Shown here: positions 12,046 through 21,500 of the stretch, piece after piece
Numbering within the stretch: position 1 is the first letter of the stretch
Layout of the letters: each line of letters opens with the position of its first letter
Assembly: GCA_019828565.1 (NCBI GenBank)
Contig: JAHDYR010000005.1
Coordinates: 62,001 to 126,000 of the forward strand
Length of the DNA stretch: 64,000 nucleotides
Direction: 5' to 3'
DNA from: Carpediemonas membranifera BICM
Lineage: Eukaryota; Protista; Fornicata
Position numbers and translations under genes: made by a program
Notes under the pieces: model-generated
Told to the model about the DNA's origin: nothing
The model's database searches: none
The model's input: only the letters and a program-made list of their open reading frames with translations

Positions 12046-13065
12046 TCAGGCGAACATATTGTATCCGAAATCGAAACTGGGCTCAATCTTGCGCATCACA
12101 GCTTGGTTCATCAGGAATTCTGCAGAGTCGTCCGCAAACGTTAGAGACTGAGGGCGAGAATGGTATTCCTGAGGAGCTATAGCGTGTGCATAGAATGAGC
12201 TGCTCGACGACGGAGATGGCAGATCGTGTATCATGTAGTTATCCACGTGGAACGGGTCTCCGTCCAAGAGGGCGGGACAGTGGGTTGGGGTTGGCGTCCG
12301 GGCAAGGTCTGGAACGGATGTGGCGATAAATCCGAATGGTAAAGGAGGGGCGGCAGGTCCAGGGAGGGAAGTGAATAGTTCCTCTCCTGAGGTCCGAAAC
12401 GAACAGTTGATACGGGATTCGGGGGCTGAGGCGCGTTCGATAGAGGCGGCGATGCGTTTCGATAGGGTATCAACTATCAGCTTGTGCCGCATGGTGTACT
12501 TGGCATCACAGTTGTGGTAGGTCCTTGGGTCGTCGGCAGGAGTGACGACGGAGAGGATCTCTGCTGCAATAGCAGAGGAGATCCAGTTGCGAAAACGTGT
12601 TCGCTTATCACGGTACTTGCGCTGGGAGCTCTCAACACCGAGTGAAAGGTCGTCCTTCGACAGAAGGTAGACCTCATCGATGACGTCACTCAAACTCGGG
12701 TGAGTCGGCGTTGTTACCGTATGCCCAAAGGCATTGAAGGCAGTGAGTATCTGCTCCAGTGACGACTTGACGGACTCGTCGTGTTGAACATACTCGGTGG
12801 CGACGACAGCCTGAAGCGTGGCACAAACTGAGCGAAACTCGTCTGTCTTGAGTGTCATACGAGCGTATGAAACAGCAAGACAAATGAGTTTCCCCCAGTC
12901 TTTGCCAGCTAGGACTTGCTCGATGGCTGTGATGTTACAGCCATCGTAGATAGAACTCGTTTTGAACTTGAGGCAAAGCTCAACCGCGCTAGACAGGGAA
13001 TTTTTCTTTCCGCATCTGCTCCGCTGTTGGTCTTTGGCTCTGGAGGTCACACGAGTTCTATTCAT
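12046..13065 (-). CDS. Hypothetical protein
   Basis: 339-aa ATG ORF filling the gap between genes; no motif recognised. Confidence 0.6.
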   Translation of the reverse strand: MNRTRVTSRAKDQQRSRCGKKNSLSSAVELCLKFKTSSIYDGCNITAIEQVLAGKDWGKLICLAVSYARMTLKTDEFRSVCATLQAVVATEYVQHDESVKSSLEQILTAFNAFGHTVTTPTHPSLSDVIDEVYLLSKDDLSLGVESSQRKYRDKRTRFRNWISSAIAAEILSVVTPADDPRTYHNCDAKYTMRHKLIVDTLSKRIAASIERASAPESRINCSFRTSGEELFTSLPGPAAPPLPFGFIATSVPDLARTPTPTHCPALLDGDPFHVDNYMIHDLPSPSSSSSFYAHAIAPQEYHSRPQSLTFADDSAEFLMNQAVMRKIEPSFDFGYNMFA

Positions 13066-13384
13066 CCGTTTTCTCGCTTATGGCGGAGAAAGTCCGACTG
13101 TATCCAAGTCATTTTCTCTAAATGTCGAGATTCCCCTGGAGATACTCAATTCATGTGTTGGGAGAGCTGCCCGTTAGTCTCAAATGTATGCACCTCCCAA
13201 CACCATTTTCAACTTTGGATGGCTTCATCTGCAATCAAGTCTGGAGTGTAAAAATCGTCTCCAACTCATAAATCACGTATAAGAGTCCAATAATCGTAGT
13301 TTCGTTCCGAAATTCCGCCTTTTCCACGGCCCGTAGCTGGTGCACTTTAAAGCTTGAAAACGGCGATTCGGCCGTAAATCCCCG

Positions 13385-14557
13385 ATGCGCACAGCTAAGA
13401 TCCTTCTAAATGGTAGGATCGTTCTAGGACCACAATGGAAGTATCTAGTTTGCTCCATTCTCCTCATAACCCTTCCATCGCTTTACTTTATCGTCACAAG
13501 TGCCATTCCTTTCTCAATCTTCGTTCATTGGGCACCAATGCTACCATTTTATCCTCTCCCAGTTATAACGATCGTTTTCCTTCTCCGTGCGGCCCTTTTA
13601 GACCCCGGGATCATTCCCCGACGACCGGCCCCCCCTCTTCCGGCCGAGGACGAGGGAATCTTCCACTCCATGTCCCCAGTGATGGTCCAGACGGTGCTAG
13701 TGTGGGGAAACAGGATGCATATCAAGAAATGCGACACCTGCCACCTCCACCGGCCGTTGCGGACTTACCACTGTCGTATATGCGACGTTTGCGTCAGAAA
13801 GCACGACCATCACTGTCCCTGGCTCGGCACATGCGTTGGTGCGCATAACTACAAGTCATTCATCTTTCTCATCGTCTCTGTCACCATCTTTAGCTTCGTT
13901 TACTGCCTCTATTTCCTTCTTTTATGGGCATCCGCCATTGTTCTCGCTGTCATCTACGCAATCCGCCGCGAGTTCGTCAGGGCCATCTACACAGCCCTCG
14001 CCCTCGCCCTGCCGCCCATCCCACTCGCCCTCCTCGACCTCTTCGTCGGCAGCGGCATCACTGTCCTAACTGTCCAGCATGTTCGTCTCATTGCCCAGGG
14101 TGAGACGACTCATGAGCACATCATGCTCACTCCACACATGAGGCGGCCATACCGGGGCAACGTCTACCAGAACATCCTCGCCTTCCTCAAGACCAGTCCG
14201 CAGTCGTTGCTTCGAACGCCTCGGAGTGAGATTGATTACGACGCACTTTTAGACCATAGCAGCACGTACGTCCACCCTGCCCGCAATGCCGCGCCCACTA
14301 CTGGCCATGACATCGGCCCGACTACACTTGACTGTGCCATGAGGACTGACGACACCTGCATCTCGACCTCGCACCACTTCCCTGCCACAGAAAGCGATGC
14401 TTCGTATGTCGGCGAGGCCTGTGGGAGCGATGTGGGCATGTCAGAGAGTGCCACCGTCTTCAACGCCTCATTCATGGTGGAAGGGGTGGTTGAACAGGAG
14501 CTGCCTGAGGCTGAGGGATCTCCCAGTGTTGCTGCCATCGTACCAGGGGAACCATAG
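13385..14557 (+). CDS. DHHC palmitoyltransferase
   Basis: CDTCHLHRPLRTYHCRICDVCVRKHDHHCPWLGTCVG, DPG and TTHE motifs, four TM segments. Confidence 0.95.
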   Translation: MRTAKILLNGRIVLGPQWKYLVCSILLITLPSLYFIVTSAIPFSIFVHWAPMLPFYPLPVITIVFLLRAALLDPGIIPRRPAPPLPAEDEGIFHSMSPVMVQTVLVWGNRMHIKKCDTCHLHRPLRTYHCRICDVCVRKHDHHCPWLGTCVGAHNYKSFIFLIVSVTIFSFVYCLYFLLLWASAIVLAVIYAIRREFVRAIYTALALALPPIPLALLDLFVGSGITVLTVQHVRLIAQGETTHEHIMLTPHMRRPYRGNVYQNILAFLKTSPQSLLRTPRSEIDYDALLDHSSTYVHPARNAAPTTGHDIGPTTLDCAMRTDDTCISTSHHFPATESDASYVGEACGSDVGMSESATVFNASFMVEGVVEQELPEAEGSPSVAAIVPGEP

Positions 14558-14654
14558 TTGCCATAAAGATCAGTGGTGCGGCGTTGTGTTGTCAAGGCAA
14601 GGCACTGTGGCCTGTAATCGGCTACCCCGACCCAAGAGGAGTCTGATCGTGTTC

Positions 14655-15401
14655 ATGGCAGAAAAGAACAGCAATCCTGCTCCTTCCTGCACCATAGCCC
14701 GTTGTTGCTGGATATCGGCACTAATTCAGCTTACTCTTCGCTTAGGGTTGCGGATCGGGCATTACGTGGCCTATCGCTGGGACAAGTTCCAAAGCCGAAG
14801 CTACGGGAAGTATTGGACCATGCAGGATCGCGTGCCTACACTACACAAGCGCCCTACACACGTCTGTGTCGCTACAGCGATGACTCCGTCTGATTCCCGC
14901 GATCTTGCTGCACTCGTTGTCCATCTCATCCAACTGCAGATCCACCGTGTCTCCGTCGTCATGGACGGTGTGAGCGCAGAGCAGCTGGCTGAGGTGAACC
15001 CCTTGTTGCAGGAGTGGATGGCTATCAATCTCTTCAGGGTTACGACAGCGAACATTCTTTTCACCCAGCCCGGGTACGTTAGGGACGAATCAGTGCTCAC
15101 AATAGACATCAGAGACGACTTGACTCGGCCTGAGTGTTCTGCCAACGCAGTAATCGACCTGGTCACCAAGGACGGCGCTGAGAAGGCACACTCTGAGAAT
15201 CCAAAGGTTTTGTCTCAGGCGCTTGCATCATCTGCTGACTGCATCCTGTTCTGTGGCGAGCGGCCTTCTCTACTCGACCAGGTCCCATCCCTGACTGATG
15301 GCGGGGTGGAACTGAGCCTGCCCTCCCTCAAGAGAGTCACGCCAGCCAGGGTCTACCGGGCAATGAAGGCATACTCCAACAGGGCTAGTAAGAAGGAGTG
15401 A
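14655..15401 (+). CDS. NUS1/NgBR-like cis-prenyltransferase subunit (divergent)
   Basis: KRPTHVCV, DLAALV...IHRVSV, ADCILFCG..SLL, RAMKAY resemble NgBR/Nus1; ATG 14655 is the first after the DHHC stop. Confidence 0.55.
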   Translation: MAEKNSNPAPSCTIARCCWISALIQLTLRLGLRIGHYVAYRWDKFQSRSYGKYWTMQDRVPTLHKRPTHVCVATAMTPSDSRDLAALVVHLIQLQIHRVSVVMDGVSAEQLAEVNPLLQEWMAINLFRVTTANILFTQPGYVRDESVLTIDIRDDLTRPECSANAVIDLVTKDGAEKAHSENPKVLSQALASSADCILFCGERPSLLDQVPSLTDGGVELSLPSLKRVTPARVYRAMKAYSNRASKKE

Positions 15402-15587
15402 GATCGTCCTGGGCCGTAAAGTATCGCCCAACTTCCTGAAGAAGGCTGAGCTTGGTCTGGCAGGGTTCGTTGGAGAATCCAACAGCCAGCATTAAGGTAT
15501 AACTACAATATGGTCTACATGTGACTGGTCAAATTCTTTCTTGACACGAGACACGCGACATTTGTAAGAAAAAAATGCAACAAGCTC

Positions 15588-18500
15588 ATGACCGATCCAC
15601 CTGCCAAGATATCCGCAGTAGAGAAGCGCCGTGCAAGAATACTACGCACTGTCGAGCACTATTTCAGCGATCGCAACTATCCAAGGGATAACTTCCTCAA
15701 GAGTGCGATACTCGAGGGCAAAGGCTCTATGGACGTCGAAATTGTCCTCAGCTTCGATAGAATGATAGCTTTAGATGTCCAACAGCCAGAGATCTTCGAA
15801 ATATGCAAGGGAAGTGACGTTGTTGCATTCCAAGACAGCGGCCGTCGAATCAGACGACGGCGACCAGCCCCGCTGAAGCCCAGGTTCACTCAGACCCCAG
15901 ATAACGTGGTGCACATCACTGGGTTCCCCACAACGCTTGACCGGAACGCCATGGAGGACTTCATTGCCGATCACATCCTGACGTTCGTTCGTGTTGGTTC
16001 GGCCAAGCCTCCAGGCTCATGTTACCTCGAGCTCAAGAGCAACGCTGATATGGAGCAGGTGCTGGTTGACGGCCTGACCTACGAAGGTACAGCACTCACG
16101 TTGACTCGGAAGGCTGAGATCATTCGCCAGCAGGCGGAGGCCAGGAAGGCCAGGGCTGAGGCCAACCCTGTGTCCAAGCGTGGCCCGGCAACCCGCCCCG
16201 CCAAGGACGCGCAAGCTGAGACTATCTCCCCTTCCGAGGGAGCCCTCGCCCTCGCCGAGCCCCTGCCAGACGACCTTTCCATCGGCGAACGGGTGCTGTA
16301 TCTCGTTGAGCTCTCAGCGATGGCCTTCACAGACTTCAAGCAGGTCGCCTTCACTGATATATTCTTCTTCAACGACGAGTTCGGCTTTGATCTCGTCGGA
16401 AGCTCCTCAGTGGGCGTCACCCGACGCGGTGAGGCTGAGACGGCGGTGGTTCACCTCATCGACGGTGGGAAAATCACGACCAAGACTCAGGAACATATTG
16501 GCCAGCTCATCGTCGACCACCTCAAGAACTCTTACCCGAACGACCTGATCGCCTTCAAGGTTGTCTCAGAAGGCACTTGGCGCGGCGTCCTAATAACCAT
16601 GAACCGAGCCGAGCCCCTGCGGGTTTTCATGGGCTCCCCCAATGACACTCGAATCCATGTCTCCAGGGCCCTCTCAACTGTCGCCCAAGGCTTCCTAGGA
16701 CAGGCAGTGCGGTATTTGCTGGCACTGGTCATCCGCGCGATGCCTACGACCAACACTAACCTGCTCGCCTCACTTGTCCTCGCGCTGCTAGTGAAAGCCA
16801 AGTTGATCAGTCCTTTTACTATGGGCGAGATTCCCGAGGTTACTGCGGCCAGCAATGGTCAGCCGGACGAGCTTCTTTCCCATCTCGGACAGGTGCTTGT
16901 TGATTCAATCAACGGCCATGAGCGACTTCTCACTTTCTCTGCTTCCACTGTGAAATGCTCCTCGGCCACCTCAGTAGAGGTCTGGATTGATCCAGATGCC
17001 AAGAAGTCTGGTGTCTCTGTGAATGGCGCTCATCTGAGAGCACTCAAGGAAGCTATGGTCTGGCTCCTGGCCCAAGAACCCGAGCCCTGCTGTGAACCGA
17101 CGACCCCTGCCAGGACCCCAGCCCGTCATAGAAAGACCAAGATTGACCGCCCGAAAGCACACGTATGGAACGAGCTTCCGATCTTGTCCCATCGCGAGCG
17201 ACTGATTGCTGAGATCATCGAGAAGCGCCTTATTGTGCTTGTGGCCGAGACAGGCTCGGGCAAGTCCACCCAGACTCCGCAATACCTCGCCGAATGCCGC
17301 AAGTTCCCCGGCCTCGTCGCCTGCACTCAACCCAGACAGTTTGCCGCAACCTCTCTGGCTGAGCGCGTTGCTGTCGAGTACGAGGGACCCCAGTCTCAAC
17401 CAGGCCGTGCAGTGGGCTATGAGACCTCTGCTCGCACTAAGAGGGGCAGGGAGATGGTCTATTTGACGGACGAATGCCTCCTAAGACGGGCGACAGCTGA
17501 CCCCCTCCTAAGTGACATCTCGGTCCTTGTCATCGATGAGGCCCATGAGCGGTCGCTCAATACTGATATTGTGCTGGGTATCGCCAAGCAGATTCTTGAA
17601 AAACGACAGGACTTTTGGGTTGTGATAGCATCCGCCACCATCGACCCAACCCGCTTCTTCGAGTTCTTCGGCGTTGACCAAACCCACCTCTTCCAGGTCG
17701 GCGGCCGCACCTACCCCGTCACCACTGAGCACCGGTTTGATGGGGCAAAGGAGCTTCGACAGTTTATGCGGGTCGACCCCCGAGACGTTGCCGCGGTGGT
17801 GACTCAGTCGTTCGAGGATTCCGATATCCCGTTCGGACACGCGCTCGTCTTTATGACCGGCCAGGCAGACGTCACCAAGACGTGCAAGGCCATCGCCGCC
17901 GCCACAGATGACTCTGTCACTGTCCTACCACTGTACGGCAGCCTGCCTCCAGCAGAGCAGAATAAGGTGATGCTGTTCGACTCGGATCCCGACCGAGCGC
18001 CCGGAGACCGTATGTGCGTCGTTGCTACAAACATGGCCGAAACCTCCTTGACCATCTCCGGCGTCACCCTCGTCGTGGACACAGGCCTGGCGAAGGAGGC
18101 CAGGTTTGATCCGCAGGCTCGCTGTACTGTCCTCGAGACCGTCTTTATCTCTAGATCCTCGGCTGATCAGCGTAGTGGCAGAGCTGGCCGTGTCAGGCCC
18201 GGTGTCTGTGTCAGAATGTACCCGCCCGAGGCTATATCTCGTCAGTCAATCGAGCCAGAGATTCTGAGATCATCACTAGACCTCGTGTGTCTTCGTCTGA
18301 CGTCGCTTGCCCAATCCCCCCTCTCATTCCCCTTCATGGACCGCCCGACTGATGAGAACCTCGCCGCCGCCATCAACACGATCACTGGTTTTGAATTAAT
18401 CAAAATTACTGACGACGAGGTTCGTATTACGAAGAAGGGTCGACTCTTCCTCGACCTTCCGACTGAGCCCCGCTTCTCCGAAGTGCTCTTCCAGGCAGTC

Positions 18501-21500
18501 GAGAGCAACATTCTCGGGCTAGCCGCTGATGTCATTTCTCTCTTTGCCACAGGAAGGTCAATATTCTTTGTTGCGCCCGAAGACGCCGACACTGCCATCA
18601 AAATCCAACGACAGGCTCAGCGCTACAAGGACGACGCCCATCATCTCCGGTCAGTGCTGGTGGGGTATGAGAAGTGCGAGACCAAGGCCGCTCGGGCATG
18701 GCACGCTAAGGTGAATAACCTGAACAACAAGACGATGGAGATGGTCTCCGGCATCAAGAAGACCATCCTCGAGGCCTTATCTCGCGCCAAGTGGCTCCAA
18801 CCACAGGATACGTCGCCCAAGGATGTCTTAGCCTTCTCCGCCCTCGGACACATGCTCGCCAGCTGCTTCCCGGAGTCAGTGTGCCAGCGCATGGGCTCTG
18901 ACAGCAGAGTATTGGCGACCGGCCGCCATGGCCTCGTTTCAGACAGCTCAGTTGTCAGCAGCCCCTTCTTCATCGCCCTCAACGTCACCGTCATTGGCGA
19001 TTCCCGCGCTTTCTTCTCAGCAACGAGCGAGCTGGTCACGCGAGGCATGCCGCACTCAGTCTCGACCTTGCTCGAGGAACGCGCGTTCGTGCCCGCGTTC
19101 GAGGCAGACGGTCTCTCCTTCACCGGCTACAGCCATGCCATCCTCGACGCCCTCGGCATGCCCCGTAAGTTCTCTGGTTCTGACCCCACTTCCCTCCTGA
19201 ACCCGCCCGTGTCGCTCAACCTAGTGCTCCGGCCGATGTTCCAGGGATCCCGATGCGTCGTCTACTCCCACCCGTCGGTTGAAGAGACGGTGCAGGATAT
19301 AGTACAGGCGGCTGTCGACATGAGACGGACTGAGCTGCTGGAAGGACAGACTCCCATCACATACCAGGGCGCACAGCTGCTGTTCAAGGCTGGTGGTGAA
19401 CTTGTGGCAGCTGCTCCAGCCCCGACCTCAATCCGTGTCTCACTAATCGAGATTCGCGAATCTGGTTCGGATCTCCAGATTGACTCTGTCGAAGATCTCG
19501 AGTCCTTGCTCACTGAGCTTCTCGGGGGCGAAGCTGCGTTCAAGGCGGCTGTGAAGGAGTGCTGGATCAATCAGACCCAGACAACAGCGTCAGTCGTGCC
19601 CCAGTCGGCAGATGATGAGGTCAAAATCAAGGAGATCTTCGCGACAATATCTGAGACTGCATCTATCGATCGGTCCTCCATTACCACTGCTGAGGTTCCG
19701 TTCAGTGGTCTCGAGATCCTCGTCAACGTCCGGGCCCGCTTCCCGGACGTCACCATCAAACGATTCATTGCCAACGTATATGCCTTCAATCTCCCCGCAA
19801 ACCTCGACCCCACCCTTCTCAGACAGACAATAGGACCCATGGCAACAGCTGCAACCATGAAGCCCCATAGGAAGTCCGCCCTCGTCTCCAACGCCACTGT
19901 CAGACTCCGTATCCCCCTCGACTCCAGCCCAGAGTCACTCCTGGCTCTGAATGAAAAGATCAACTCCGCCATCACGACCAAGTACGGCTCCGTCGAGGGC
20001 TTCGGCTACCCCTCTGGTGCCAAGCCAGTCCAGGCCTCCTTTATCGTGCAGTTTAAGTCAACCACGGAACTCAAGGCCGCCCTTCAGAGCGGGGTTATGC
20101 CGGGTGCCACGATCAACGCGGTCTACCACTGCCGGCACCCCGAGCTTGTCGACCATAGCCTCGTTGCAGTCAACGTCACCTCTCGATTCCCCACCGCCAA
20201 GGTGAAGGTCATCTCGCCAGGTCCCGCCAAACCTGGCATGACCCAGCGAAAGGAGTACTTCTCCATCGCGGGGACCGACCTTGTAGAGGCAAGCAAGGCT
20301 CTCAAGGCGATCAAGCAGGTCGATGCCCCAGTCCGCCTTCAGTTGAACGCCCCACACACAATATTCTTCGCCAAGAAGCACCTAGTCAACTACAGCAACC
20401 GCCAGAAGCTTCAGAACAAGTGCCAGGTCTCCATTGATGTCCACGAGCGGACATTCAGGAACTCTACCGACGTCCGTAGTGTCAGTGTCCATGTCTATGG
20501 TTCGTCAGCCGGCAAGTCTGCATTTGTCAGCGAGATGCGGCGACTCACTGACCAGGCAACCGCTTGTGTCGCGTTCTTCCCTCTTTCCCGCCGGATATCA
20601 CCTAGGACGCAGTATTTCATCCGATCCAAGGCCAAGAGGCGCTTTGAACGGTGCTACATTAACTTCAAGAACGACGTGGTGCACGGCTCCCTCGATACCG
20701 GCGTCTACACCGGCTCTGAGTGCGGCCAAGCCAAGCTCATGGAGTTCTTCGCTGAGGAGATTCTCGGGGATGCCCAAGGAGAAGATCATACCTGTTGCGG
20801 CTGCGACAACTTTGCGAACAAGACACTATTCTGTTGTGGTCACCGGATCTGCACCTCTTGTATCACGTGTCAGGTCGAGGATCCCCGAAGCACGCTGGTG
20901 AGCTGTCCCCAATGCCGGATGCCCCTTTCCATTGCTGATATTCGACAGGCCTTCCCCGACACAGCCTCTGGGGAGCAGGCCCTCGTTGTTGTAGCCCGTA
21001 GACGCGCGACTTTCATCAAAACCTCCAGTATCGTCTGCTGCCCCCATTGCGACGCGTTTCAGCGCAGAGAACCACACTTCTGTACCTGTACGAACTGCTG
21101 TGACGGTTTCTGTGCCTCGTGTGGGTCGACCGACATGGGTCACGCAGGGCTATCCTGTGATGAATTCAAGCGGGTTTCACAGATGGCCGGGGACTTCATC
21201 GCCACCGTGTTCGACCAGTGTCGGTCTTATGCATATGACAAATGGCCGTGTGACCTTGCCAAGATCTCCCAAGTCACTCTCAACCCCGGCCTCGCACTCG
21301 GCTGCCCGTCGATGCAGAGGTTCGCCTCATTTATCGCTGAGCGGGAGATCCAGCTCAACCCCGCCAACCTCCAGCTGGCGTGGCATGGCACTGATATCAA
21401 CGCCCTTGCCCCCATATGTAACGATGGTTTTGACCCTGCCCGCCGTAGTGGTCAGGTTCACGGCCCCGGCACCTACACTGGATGGACGCCGAATGTCTCT

